A program made the translations under genes and the position numbers. Source: the human T2T-CHM13v2.0 reference genome, Homo sapiens. From it: DNA of 64,000 nucleotides. The stretch is from the NCBI RefSeq assembly GCF_009914755.1, contig NC_060938.1, one strand, 5' to 3'. Below, piece by piece: positions 1 through 15,738 of this stretch (position 1 is the stretch's first letter; the number at the start of each line of letters is the position of its first letter). Under the pieces are notes generated by a model that ran no database searches, was not told the DNA's origin, and worked only from the letters and a program-made list of their open reading frames with translations.

Positions 1-549
1 CTTAGAAAAACAATTTCTCCAGTGTACAATAACAATGGTCAGTTTTCCTCCAAACTTTTTGTTTAGGGTTTATTCCTGGTCAAATAAGTCAGAGCCTGGT
101 ATTAGGTATTTAAAGTGATAGCTCAATAAATGAATCCTCTGAAGCTTTTTAATAACAATTTTATGCAAAAAATTTTCAAAGCATGGAAAGCAAAGCAATC
201 TACGTTTGTATATGGCCAGGTATATCCTGACAGAACTTCTAATTGGTCCTTTCTCAGTTGAAGGCAGAGGAGACTTTCAGAGACGTGAAGGCAGAAGTGT
301 GAATGCTTCCAAGACTGTATTCTGCATCTTCATCATTCTCTTTCTATCATCTCTTCCACGCTTCCAAATCTGCTCGCTTTTTCAGACCCTCTCCTAATCA
401 AAGCAGGAGGTGACCCAATGTCAGTGACTGCTGACATTACTTGCTGAGTAAGTGCCAATTAGTGTAAATATACTTCAGAAAGAAATTTAAGCTACTATTT
501 GCTTTTTAGGGGTTTACCTCTAATTTGTAAAATACAATATTTTATCCAA

Positions 550-700
550 TTGAATTCGACTTCACAAACATCCTTTGCATCTGTATGGCGGTGTCCTAAC
601 AGTGTGGCATTATAGATAACCAAGACAAATAAGACACATTTCCTGCTTCTAGAAAGATACAGTCTAGTTAGGGAGATGGATGAGTAACAGCCAATAATAA
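550..700 (-). mobile_element. L2 3' fragment (degenerate)
   Basis: Resembles the L2 3' end in reverse (aacatcctttgcatctgtatg...aagacacattcctgcttctagaaagatacagtctag). Confidence 0.45.
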
Positions 701-787
701 TAGCAAATCATTTCCACATAAATTAGCTCATTTTAGTCATCACACTCTCATAATTTTAGCACTAAAAAGAATAACTACTGTTTATAG

Positions 788-1504
<717 letters not shown>

Positions 1505-2894
1505 TAATATGACAAAAGAAGAAACTAGGCTTATTAGAAAAGTGTATTTGCTAGAGGAAAAATAAAGAAGAGGTAGTCTAGTTTGTGTTTTTTTAAATAG
1601 TATTTTTGTAACCAGTTTAGATTCACAGCAAAATTAAGAGGCAGGCACAGAGGTAGCCCTTATATCCCCTTGCATTAAGGTTTCCACACATGCATAGCTT
1701 TCCACATTGTCAGCACCTCCCACTAGGGTGGTACATTTGTTACAATTGATGAACCTACTTTGGCACATCATTATCACCCCAATTCCATAGTGTACATAGT
1801 GTACATTGGGTTCACTCTGTCTTGTACATTCTATAGATTTTGAGGAATATTAAATTATGTGTATCCACCTTTATAGTATATAGAACAGTTTCACTGCCAT
1901 AAACATCCTCTTCTCTACTTAGTCTTCCCTCCTTGCCCCAAACGGTCTGGGAGCCACTGCTTTGCCTTTTCCGGAATGTCATATAAATGGAATAGTACGG
2001 TTTGTAGCCTTTTCAGATTGACTTCTTTCACTTAGTAATATACATTTAAGGTTCCTCATGTCTTTTCATAGCTTGATAGCTTACTTCTTTTTAGCACTGA
2101 CTAATATTCTATTGTCTAGATATACCAAAGTTTATCCATTCACCTACTGAACTCCTTGGTTGCTTCCAAGTTTTGGCAATCCTTGGTTGCTTCCAAGTTG
2201 TGGCAATTATGAATAAAGCCGCTATAAACATCTGTGTGCAGGTTTTTCTGTGGATATGAGTTTTCAACTCCTTTGGGTAAAAACCAAGGAGTGCGATTGC
2301 TGGTTTTTATGGTGAGAATATGTTTAGCTTTGTAAGAAACCACCAAACTGCATTCCCACTACAATGAATGAGAGTTCCTCTTACTCCACATCCTCACCAG
2401 CATTTGGTGTTGTCAATATTCTGAATTTTGGCCATTCTAATGATTATGTAATGGTATCTCATTGTTTTAATGGTATCTCATTGTTTTAATTTGCATTTCC
2501 CTGATGACTTATCATATGGAACCATCTTTTCATATTCTTATTTGTCATCTGTCTATTTTCTTTGGTGAGGCATCTGTTAAGGTCTTTGGACTGTTTTTTA
2601 ATTGGGTTGTTTGTTTTCTTTTTGTTGAGCTTTAAGACTTCTTTATATATTTTGAATAATGATCCTTCATAAGTCTTTTGCAAATATTTTCTCCCAGTCT
2701 GTGGCTTGTCTTTTCATTCTTTTAATGATGTCTTTCACAGAACATAAATATTTAATTTTAATGAAGTCAGCTTATTAATTCTTTCATAGATTGTGCCTTT
2801 GGTGTTGTATCTATTAACAAAAAGTCATTGCCAAACCCAAGGTAATCTAGATTTTCTTCTATGATATCTTATAGGATTTTATGGTTTTGCATTT

Positions 2895-3325
2895 TACCCT
2901 TAGGTCTGTGATATATTTTGAGTTAATTTTTGTTAAGGGTGTAAGGTCTATGTCTAGGATTATCATTATTATTATTACTTGCTAGTAGATGTCCAATTCC
3001 AGCACCATTTGTTGAGAAGACTGTCTTTTCTCTATTGTGTTGCCTTTGCTCCTTTGTCGAACATCAGTTAACTATTACTTATGTGGGTCTACCTCTAGGC
3101 TGTCTAGTAGGTCTACCCTTAAGTCTGTGATATATTTTGAGTTAATTTGTGTTAAGGGTGTAAGGTCAATGTCTAGGATTATCATTATTATTATTATTTG
3201 CTTGTAGATGTCCAGTTCCAGCACCGTTTGTTGAAAAGACTGTCTTTTCTCTATTGTGTTGCCTTTGCTCCTTTGTCAAAGATCAGTTAACTGTTACTTA
3301 TGGGGGCCTACCTCTAGGCTGTCTA
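2895..3325. repeat. Tandem duplication with 219-bp period inside the L1
   Basis: 2895-3106 is repeated at 3114-3325 with about 13 mismatches. Confidence 0.95.
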
Positions 3326-3481
3326 TTCTGTTCATTGATCTGTTTGTCTGTTCTTTTGCCAATATAATTGTCTTGATTAATGTAGCTTTGTAGTAAATCT
3401 TGAAGTTGGGTAATGTTAGTCCCCCCGTTGAGTTCTTTTTAAACATTGTTTTGGATATTCTGGGTCTTTTGCCTCACATAA

Positions 3482-3826
<345 letters not shown>

Positions 3827-4764
3827 TAACTTTCTGGGTTTTTTACTGAGTTGAGGCTGTACATCAAGTTGGGAAGAACTAACATCTTGATAATATTGAG
3901 TCTTCCTATCCAGAAACATGGAATACCACTGCATGTATTTACTTCCTTGATTTCTTTCATCAGAGTTTGCAGTTTTCATATAGATCTTGTACATATGTTT
4001 TTAGATTTATACCTAAGATTTCATTTGGGGGGATGCTAGTATAAATGGTATTGTGTTTTTTATTTCATATTCCAATTGTTCATTGCTGGTATATAGGAAA
4101 GCAATTGACTTTTGTATATTAACCTCATATTCTGCAACGTTGCTATGATTGCTTATTAGTCCCAGGAGTCTACTTTTTTTTTCCATCCTGTCAGATTTTC
4201 TACATAGACGATCATGTCATCTTTGAACAAGACAGTTTCATTTCTTCCTTCCAAATCTATGCCTTTTCTTTCCTCTTTTTATCTTATTGCAATAGCTAGG
4301 ACTTCTAGTATGATGTTGTAAAGGAGTGCTGAGAGGAGGCATCCTTGCCTTGCTGTCAGTCTTTGCGGGAAAACTTCTAGTTTCTCACTGTTAAGTTTGC
4401 TGTTAGCTATAGGTTTTTTGTAGATATTCTTTATCAAGTTGAGAAAGTTCCCCTGTACTTCTCCTTTACTGAGAGGGATAGTTCACTTTTGGGGAAATAA
4501 AAATATTTTGCCATAGGGAAATCTATCACTCTGTTTTTGGAGAAAGTATGATTTTGATAGTCAACTGAAGATTATACTCTGCAATAGGAAGATTTTTTGT
4601 ATAAAGTTGCAATTTCAATTTCAAAGGTTTACTTGTGAGTTTTATTGCAACTAACTGTGATATTTCTTTAATCTGTATTTTAAAATATAAAATACATGTA
4701 TTAGGTCAGAATCTCTTTTTAGCTTTCTGTAATAAACACATACACATATGGTGAACATATGGGT

Positions 4765-5135
<371 letters not shown>

Positions 5136-6289
5136 ATTAGGGGAATTTGCCTTTCTTTCCTTCTTTTTTTTTGTGTGTGTGTTTTAGAGGATTGCATTTG
5201 TGCAACTTTGTGGAACTGAGGTGCCAAGTGTTGCTTCAGTACCTGGGTGAGGATGTTGCTGGGAGGGCAGACTTCCTTCCAGATGCACATGGAGCCCTGG
5301 AGATTGGCAATTTGAGGCACCTTGGCAGAATGTTGATCCATGTACATTTGTAATTTCACAGGGAAACCTTTAAGATGTTTTGAGAGTGATTGAGAAAGGG
5401 TATGATGGCCTCATGATGAGGCAGCAAAGAGATCGTCTCCCAGGGACAATTAGCAGGAACTGAGAAGTCACACTCAAGAGTTATTACAGTAAGCATTCAG
5501 AGCAATCACAAGAAGGGTGCCTCATTTCTGTCTCTAGCTGGTGAAAACTGGACATACTGGTTAAATATATGAGTTACCTTAACATCCCTGTATTTGTTTA
5601 GAAGAAATAAGATACAATGAAAAAGTGTACAATAATATGTTTTACAAAAGGAAAAGGTACCCCTCTCACATAAGCATACAACCCAATTTAAAAAACAAAA
5701 AACAAAAAACAAAAAACAAAAAAACCAACGGACTCAGCCAACTAGAGTTTATTTGTAAACAGTCTCAGGTCACCTCAGTGTTTGTATCAGCTGCTTCAGT
5801 AACCACAGAAGATTCCTGTCTCATTGACTGGAGACAGCAGCTTCAATTTTGAGACAGCAAGGTATCTGGAAGGTTGAGTGAAGTCAGCAATTGGTAACAT
5901 AATGTATTCAATACATTTTGGTCTGTGAGTACTGCATGCCATGGTGCTATTATGCTATATGTGAATTAAACAAAGCAATGTAGAGGGTCACTTTCCCACA
6001 TTAGCACAGTAATATCTGTGGAAAAAAATCTTATGCAACTTTTAAGATATTGTTAACCATTGTCATTTGTGTTAACTCACTTTGAGATGGGCTTCTGATT
6101 AGCTTCATTTTCCTTTATACTTGCTAGAAAATAATATGGGAGCTACACAGAATTACTATATAAAATTAGTGCTGATGATCACAGTACCGTCATGACTTTA
6201 AAGAGTTGTGCTTTTTGTAATTTTCAAGAATACGAAGGCAGTATGTGATCCAAAATGAATTTTATGTGTATTTTACTGAGACTATAAAC

Positions 6290-7100
6290 TGCTTTTCCTG
6301 TAATTAGTTTAAAAATTATCATACAGCAGAGTTGACTTTCTTTTTGGTGTACAGCTTAACCCATGTGTAGATTTGCATAACACCTCCACAATCTATACCA
6401 AACAGTTCCATCAGTCTGCAAAACTCCCTTGTGCTATCAGTTTAGAATCATGCCCTCCCCATCCCCAGTCTCTAGTAGTCACTCATCTATTGTCTATCAT
6501 TATAGTTTTGTCTTATGAGAATATTATTTATATAAATAGAATTATACAGTGTGTAACATTTTGAGACTGGCTTCTTTCACTTAGTGTAATGCCTTTGAGA
6601 TTTATCCAAATTGTTACATGTATAGTGGTTCACTTTTTAAAAAACTGCTGCATAGTGTATAGGCATACCATAGTTCATTTATCTGTTTACACATTGAAGG
6701 ACCACTTACCCATGATCAGTTTACCTATTGAAGGTTTTAGCAATTGTGGGTGGAGCTTCTTTTCATTTTTGTGTGCATGTAAGTTTTCATTTCTCTTGGA
6801 TAAACACCCAGGAGTGGGATTGCTGGGTCATATTGGTAATTGTATGCTTAATTTTATAAGAAACTGCTAACCTGTTTTCCAGAGTGACTGTGCCATTCTG
6901 AATTCCCATAAGCAGCATAGGAGAGTTCCAGTTGTTCTAGAAGTCCTTAGCAGTTGGTGCTGTCAGTAATTTTTTTATTCTAGGCATTTGAACGGGTGTA
7001 AACTGGTATCTCATTGTGGTTTTAATTTACATTTCCATCTTGGCTTATGTAGTTGAAGATTTTGTAATGTGTTTATTTGCCATCATTATATCTACTTTGG
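6290..7100 (-). mobile_element. Old L1 (L1MD/ME-like) 3' fragment
   Basis: L1M 3' UTR motifs gactggcttctttcacttagt, ggagtgggattgctgggtcata, gagagttccagttg. Confidence 0.8.
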
Positions 7101-7579
7101 TAGGTCAGCACTTATGGGAAGGGTGTTTTTTTCCCCTTAGGGGTCCATCTGCTTCTGTGGGAATGGGGCCAATTTACCTTGCCCAGTTATGTAGGGAGTA
7201 GGATGTGAAAACCTAAGTTAACTGGCACCAATGATACCTTAGTGCCCTTTATATATTGTTTTCCCTGGATAGTTTCCTGGCAATCTTGACCCATGACCTT
7301 GTTCTGACTACGTTCCTACATCTATTACAAAGGAGCCAAATCATGTATAAGAGGAACAGATGGCATGTGCTTTTACATGATGCTTTCGTGGTGCCAAGTC
7401 TCTATGTAACATTTTGTATTGCAGGATGGTGTGGAGTAGATGAGAAATGTATATATGGCTATTCTGAGCTGGTAGCATAAAGGTTACCCAAGTGTTTTTC
7501 TCTCCTAGGTATGTAAGATATTCTGCATCTTTAGCATCAAAGTGAGATGCCAGAGACAGAGGCTAACAAATCTGAGTTA

Positions 7580-8450
7580 TGAATCAGGAGTATGAGGGAG
7601 TGGAGACTACTGCCAAGATAGTAGTTGAACAGTGATAACTATAGATGCTCCCCATATCAGAGGCATACCCCATAGATGCTAGCAGGAGGGTAGTATTTGA
7701 GGAAAGGGTCACTGGAGAAGCTGGTGGCATGGATGAGGCTGAAGAGCACCTGTAGTGGGAGACAGGAGTGAAAAAGTTGAACAAATAGAGGTTGGTGGCA
7801 TAGGGGAATTTCTGATATTGTTACACAGGTGAAGTGATAGTGAAGTCCACAGTAGAGCTAGGGTAGAGACTTGTCCCAGTGGAATGGATATGAAGGTCCT
7901 GGGAGCTGTAGAGTAAAGGAAATCTGAGGCTACCATGTTGGTTGGTTCATCATTGTCAATACTGACATTACCAAAGATAACGCCATGCTTGGTATAGAGA
8001 GAGTGAAATGTGAACCACTTGCATTCTTCAGTGTAATGTAGAGGAGTAAAAGGGAAGAATGTAGGTAACAGCAATGAGGGAGGAAGATGGTAAGGTTTAT
8101 CAGACTAGGCACCTACTGGGAAAAAAGGGTGTTAGTATGAGAGTGAAAGAGTAATGATCAGAAAGTGCCAAAGTGGCTAAAAGGCATTGAGGCCAGCCTT
8201 TCCCCCATCATCCCTACTATAGTGTCTCAGGTGAGGACTGGGAGAATGAGCAGCCTTCCCTGGGAGGACAACAGGGGAAGTGGGATTCTTGGGCAGAATC
8301 AGGTTTGGGTGAGTCCAGGTAGTAGATGGATTCTGTGAAGAAGTTAAGGAGTGTTTTTTTACAACAGAATGGGGGGAAGTGTACAGAATTTGGAAGAACT
8401 CAGCCGTGGGAGGGAGGGAGTTTCTCAAAGTGGCACAGAACAACACAGAA
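7580..8450 (-). mobile_element. Probable L2 upstream (endonuclease-region) fragment
   Basis: Purine-rich on +; 8248-8350 (gagcagccttccctgggagg...caggggaagtgg...caggtttgggtgagtccagg) resembles the reverse of the L2 ORF2 N-terminus as I recall it. Confidence 0.4.
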
Positions 8451-9492
8451 ATGAACATCCTAAGAGGACAAAAGATACAGGCATTTATTTTGGGGTAGTG
8501 GTCAAGAGGTGTGGGGAATACATGAAGTAGGTGCTCCAACCAGAAATCCCGGGCAATGTGGAATATCTGATGATAGCAGTGAGAGCCCTGCTCTTTTGTG
8601 ATGAGGCCAGCAGAGACGAGCTAATCTGGCTGTGATTGGTTCCCATGCACTGGCTAATAGATTTTTTGCCCTAAATTTCTTTTGGATTGCATTACCTTGT
8701 GGGTCACATTTGGGAGAACCTTACCTAATTAGTGCTTCAAAGTTCATCTAGTTTAAACTTTTGCTCTGTTTCAAGTTATAATCACCAGTTTGCACCACTG
8801 TCACCAATTAGTTCTTGGGTTTCAAGAACTAATATTGGAGCACTCATTGGAATTGTACAACAATTAATATTCATAATTTAGCACAATTTATCATTCTTCA
8901 ATAGATTTTTTCCCTTGTACATTTTTAAATACAGATTATATATTTTCATTTTTCTCTTTAAAAAAGTAACTGAATTACATGAAATCAGAAGGTTATGTTT
9001 CCAGCATAGAATGACCGTTTTGACACTGATGGTAGGGCTCAGAACTCAAATGCTATCTTCAAATTTTGGCCTTAACAAAAATCATAAATAAAAGCTCAGT
9101 TTTAAAAAATCACTAATGTAAAACTAAAAACGAGCAACTGAGCCCTTTTAGCTGACACCATCATTTTGATGCTTAATGGTCTCTTAAATTGTCCAAGTAA
9201 ATACTACCATTGATGCCACTCATTTCATGCTGCTGGCCTCTGACAGCACGATGGAAATTTGGGAACTTGTAAGAACAAGTGACATGTCAGATACCAAATC
9301 TTCCTACCTAATAGTATGTGTCAAGGAGACTGAGACTGAGTTAGTAATGTTTTTGTTTAAAATGTCTGCATGAAACGAAACAAAATTGTATTTTGTCTTT
9401 TTTCATCTTTGGAATTTTTCTGGCTTTGTTTCATAAGAGTGATTCTGCTTGCAAAGTGTGGGTTGAAAATTTCGATATCCACTGTGAATTTA

Positions 9493-9829
<337 letters not shown>

Positions 9830-10362
9830 TTAAGTTGTATACTTGTGGGAGAGTGACAATTGCCCCTTACATCAAATACCCCGTAGTTCATTGAGAATGG
9901 CTGAGAGTGCCTATGAAGCACACATTCTAGGTTATCTTTCTTCAAAGGTGTCTAGGTGATGTTTCTAACCTGAAATATTGTGTGCCCAGTGTAGCTTAGT
10001 GCTAGCAAATAAAACAGCCACTGGTTCCCTTCCAGAATACCCAACAAACAATAAAAAAGAGAGCAGTGAATTGGAGAGATGCACCTCTCACCTTGGCTGA
10101 CTTTCAATTTGGGCATCTGATGGAATAGTAGGATTTGTGTGGTTTAGAAAAAGATTGATTTACCTAAATGACCGAAGGCCCAGTGCACAGGAATATGGCC
10201 TGCAACTGGGTATCTGAACTAAAACAAAGGCCCCAGGTATCCAATGTGCTACTGTTGGCCCTGATAATTGGTGTTAGGTAAGAGTGTACTTTTCTACTAC
10301 CCTCACCTCCCTCCAGGATAAGGCAAAGTAGTCCTCACATATGTTGCTTTTCTTTACTGCAG

Positions 10363-10614
10363 GACATTTGTGAAGATATTTCTGATCATGTTGAGCAAAT
10401 CCATGCCCTCCTTGAAACAGAGTTCTCCCTAAAGCTGCTGTCTTACTCTGTCAACGTGATAGTGGACATCCACGCAGTGCAGCTCCTCTGGCACCAGCTT
10501 CGAGTCTCAGTGCTGGTTCTGCGGGAGCGCATTCTGCAAGGTCTGCAGGACGCCAATGGCAACTACACTAGGCAGACGGACATTCTGCAAGCTTTCTCTG
10601 AAGAGACAAAAGAG
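10363..10614 (+). CDS. AKAP6: AKAP6 internal coding exon (probably exon 3), 84 codons DICEDISDHVEQ...QAFSEETKE
   Basis: Polypyrimidine tract tttctttactgcAG (AG 10361-10362); donor GAG|gtgagt at 10615; stop-free 252 nt, phase 0-0; joins in frame to the next exon; peptide recognised as the N-terminal region of mAKAP-alpha. Exon number is from recall. Confidence 0.95.
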
Positions 10615-10874
10615 GTGAGTGTTTTCCTTGAAGTTAAGCAATGCATTTCCAGGTATGACCAATTGAGAATGTTTTCAGTTTAGAGATGTAGGATAGGAAT
10701 TCTTTGTAGGTAAATAAGCAGGCCCTGATGGGCTTTGAATCTAGGCATAGTGACTAGAAGCTAGGGCACTTCCAATATGAATGGGGCTTTAGACCAGAGT
10801 TAGCTCATACCTGGTAATTTGCACATATGCCATTCATTGTTATTGATGCTAACCTGGCTTCCTTTTCCTCTTCA

Positions 10875-11450
10875 ATTATTTAATAAATATGTATTGAGTA
10901 CTTACTATGTGTCAGACACTCAGTGCTAAGAATATAATAATGATCAAAACATGGTTTCTGTCTTCAAGTAGCTTTGAGTCTAGAGGAAAATGGAGCCAAG
11001 TGAATAGACATTCAAGCCAAACTGTGATAAGTCTACAAGATGCCATTGGAGGACAGAGAAAGAGTCACCTAATTCAGATGGGAGGCTTTCCAAAAGAAAT
11101 GACTCTACCTGAGACATAAAGGAGAGACAGGAATAGACTGGTGAACAGAGGCAGAACATGTTCTAGGCAGAGGACATGGCATTATCAAATACCCAGAGAT
11201 AAGAAAGAGAATGGCAGGCCCAGAGAGCTGCCAGTAGCACTGGAGCAAAAAGCCCAAGGAACCAGGAGGCGGGATTTGGGCTAATAGGTAAGCTGAGGTC
11301 AGATCATGAAGATAAAGAGCTTTCTAAATCCATATTAAGAGATTTGGACTTCATTTTGAGGACAAAAGAAGTGTTTGTTCAGCAAACTCCCATGATTCAT
11401 GTTTTAGAAGAATCATTCTAGATACAGTGAATCAAATGGACATTAGAATA
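10875..11450 (-). mobile_element. L2 3' fragment
   Basis: aaatatgtattgagtacttactatgtgtcagacact... typical L2 3' end in reverse. Confidence 0.7.
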
Positions 11451-13609
11451 TTATACAAAATATATTTGATTTTTCTTATTTATATTCAGTACCTGAAAGA
11501 TTTTATTGTTATTCTTGATGAATAACTTAAGAATGGACCCTGTACATCTGAATTCGAGTGAACTGTCTCATTCTTAAATACAATGGACATATATTTATAG
11601 AAAAAAAAGTGTTTTTGCTTGCTAAGCAGCGGCTGTATGTATACATATATGTACGGATACCATATATGGATACGTTGCATGTAGGGAGTGGTGGGTGTGT
11701 ACGCGCAGGCATGTGTGTTTAGTCCTTCGGCTCTTAATACCCAGTTTAGTGTTCTACTATTAGTTTGTGGAAAACATATATTCTACAAGTTTATAAGGCA
11801 CTTACATTAATATATGAGATTAAAAGGCCTTATAATGAGTGTTGCATAATTCATTAATTTATTGACATTAATGTTTCAGTGGCTCCAACATTATCAACAA
11901 CACCAAACAAATCTGTGCCTATTCTCATAAATCATTTATTGTTGTTGATTTTTGTTTATTCAAAATAAAGTTTCTTGCTGTGGCAAACTCTCCGCAGTGC
12001 CTAGAAGTCTATAGGAATCAAAATCGACTAGGCTTACCTCTAACTTTAAGTCACAGTCTTTGTTTTCAGTTAGCTCTCCTTGTTACTGTGGCAGGACTTC
12101 AGTAGAGTAACCACGGGATGAATATGTGAGTTGCGTGTTAGTTCCCAGATGCCATCCCTCCCAAGTTAGATCCCTAGAGGGTTCTCAACTGGGACTGTTG
12201 TGGTTATGGGAGACTACAAAGAATCTCAAGCTGACCAACTTTGCCCTAAATCTGATATCCTTGATAGAATGTGCTAATGGAGATCAGAGATGAGGAAGGT
12301 TTGTATAACCTCTAGAGAGATCTTTCTTTAGATATCTACCTGGCATCTTCAAGTCTATATATTCTTTTCTTCCCCCTTCCCCATTTGTTGTCCAACACCC
12401 AATGCTCTGTCCAACATCCAATGCTGGTCAGTGATCAAATCTGCCTGCTTTCTACTACTAGAAGGAGATTAAAAATCATTGATTCAAATCATATATTTAT
12501 TAAATCAATAAACATTTATTGATAATCAGCTCTGTTGTAGGAGCTGGAGATATAGCAGTGCTCTAGGGTTTGTTGTTATTATTGTTCTGTGGAATACATT
12601 CATCATACACTTAATTGAACTTGTATCATTCATGAAGTAGTAGCTCAATAAATGATGAAGAGCCATGGACGGTAATTGTTGCTGGCCACTGTTTTTACAA
12701 CTGTGTTGTGAATTTACAATAAGTAGCATCTATTCTCACAACACGAACTCAGCAATTATGAATGGATTTGATTGGAAGCAGTTTAGTGCATTCTTATGTT
12801 TGAAGTCAGTCTTTAGTCCTGTTGTAGAGATTGCAGAAAATTTTTGTGTGAGGGGTAAAGGAACAGTAGATTTTCAGTTATCCGCTTTATGGATATATTT
12901 CTATGAATTAAAGTTCTGCCTCTATAACCATACTTCCTGAAATTAGATTTCTGATCCTTTATTTCTGTGTGTCTAGTGTGACTCTATGAGGATGTTTAAA
13001 AGACTGCTTAGTTTTATTTATTTCTGCTAGCACAATGGAATTGTAAAAAGCAGGAAGATAATTAGGATAAAATTATCAGCTTTCTCAGAATAAATTCAAC
13101 TATGAAAGATTTGTAGAATGATGAGGGAAATGGCAAAATAAAAAAACACCCAAATTTAAAAAGCACTGGTAAATTAGAATAGTAGATGTCCTTCCAGTAA
13201 AGGAAGATTCATTTTTCTCTTTCTGGAAGTTAGTTAAATTTCAGAGCCATATTAAAGAGCAAGTTTGAAACTCTGGAGAGTGGCAAATTCCATCTTCTTC
13301 TCTTCTTGAAAAAACAATATATGAACTTTATTCTTTATTTAAATATGGAGCAGACCATATCTAGTAAAAAAAAATTGGCCAATACCTTACTAAAATAAAA
13401 CTAGTCAATAACTAAACAAACAAATAAAGAACACTTGAAGGCAAAGCTCAAAACTATTTAAAAAATATGTTGTTCTGCAATTTTCTATATTCCAGACATT
13501 GTGATAAGCACTTTAAATTTGTTTCATTTAGGAAGGAAGGTGAGGGATATTAAAAGTAGTTCCCTTTTATAGATGGAAAAATTGAATTTAAGAATAGGTT
13601 AAGTGAATA

Positions 13610-13694
13610 CTTCTATGTAACAAACCTGCACATCCTGCACATGTACCCCAGAACTAAAAATTAAAATTAAATTTAAATTTTAAAAAAGAAGAAT
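13610..13694 (+). mobile_element. Extremely 5'-truncated L1PA 3' end inserted into a MIR
   Basis: ctatgtaacaaacctgcacatcctgcacatgtacccc plus A-rich tail; TSD TTAAGTGAATA at 13599-13609 and 13695-13705. Confidence 0.85.
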
Positions 13695-14818
13695 TTAAGT
13701 GAATATTTAAGGATATAAATCTAGGTGTACTTAAATAAAACAAAACCAGTTTTTAACTGATTTCTATTTTAATAATAATTATTGTTTCTTCCCTGCCTTT
13801 CTTCCTTCTATCTTCTCTATTTATTGGTTTCTTACTATGTATAAGACTCTATGCATTCAAAGGTGAATAACACATGTTAGAAATGACCTTCATAATTTTT
13901 TTGGTCCTCACATAGTTCTGAGAGGTAGGCAGAGCAAGTGCTGTTATCCTCAATTTACAGGTATTATGATTGTATTCATCTTACAGATGAGAGAATTGGG
14001 GTCAAGAGAGGTAATGTCACACAGGTGATAAGAGAGTGATAACTCTTAATAATATCAACACAATAGGAAACATTGATTGAGAACTTACCATGTGCTAGAT
14101 GGTGTGGTAAGCACTTACCTAAATGATACCTTCTGCGTGGGGATGCATTGGTCCTTCCAGAGTGCTCACAACATAGCACTTTGTGGGTTCCTCCACTGGC
14201 ACTTATAATGGGCCAAATTGTATCAGGCCAAAGTATGTGCTATATTTTGAACTACATGAGGGTTAGTTCCAGATTATATTCATCTGTGTATCTCCCACAG
14301 CACATAGTTCATATTGCTGTAAAAAAATCTGATTAGTTGAATTAAATAATACAGATAATCCCTGCTTTAGATGTGGAAGAGGGAGACATAATTTCAGTTT
14401 GATAAACTGGGAATTAATCATGAAGATTAATTGTTTGATTCATAATTTCAGCAAGTAGAAAATGGAAGTTCTCTTAAGAACTATTAATATTGTGTAAATA
14501 AAAATATTGAAAGATTTTTGTATATGTTTTCCCCTTGCCTATGAGAAACAAACCTTTGTTGTACTTCACAGTTGCTTGTCATTACTTGCTCTTCTCATCA
14601 ACTGCTGTTCTCTGGGATGCATTCGGAATCATAGAATCCCAACGTGGTAGGGCTGAAAGGAATCTGACAAAGTCTAGTCCATGTAGACTAACATGTAAAT
14701 TGATGGGCCTCTTACTAGAATGCCACAGCCCCCACAGGTCTGAGGACTCATGATCTCCGCATCTCTAAGTTACGAATGTTAGATTTCATGTTCAGTTGGT
14801 GGCGAAACATAGTGTTAA

Positions 14819-15316
<498 letters not shown>

Positions 15317-15738
15317 TAACATGTTAAATGGAGGTATATTTAAGTGGAGTGGGTACATGGCTAGGCGGCTCTCACCCAGCTACAAGTACTACACAATTAC
15401 ATGTGATATTTCTGAAATAAGGGCAGTAAAACCAACAGGCAACACCCCTAACTCCATATCTTCCTGAGACTTTATTATGTATACACGTTAGAAAACTATC
15501 TGGGAAGATGATGTGGAGGGAAGCAACAGAACTAAAAACATTAGTATTACTAAGCAATATTTTCAGAGATAAAACTCATTCATCTGCTCTGAGAAACTTT
15601 AGAGAACTTTCTTTTCTTACAATTGCCTCTGCATAGTGAAATACTATATACTGTTTTTGGTTTTGCTTTGTTTTTTTTTTCAGGGAGGGATTTTTTTTTT
15701 GCATTAAAAAATACAGTTTGAATAAAAAATAGTTACCC

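Noticed and set aside
10456-10683. 75-aa ORF
   Set aside because: It is the 3' part of the AKAP6 exon plus intron read-through.
12389-12425. 19-bp tandem duplication (similar case at ~44525-44576)
   Set aside because: Isolated small slippage events, common in any genome.
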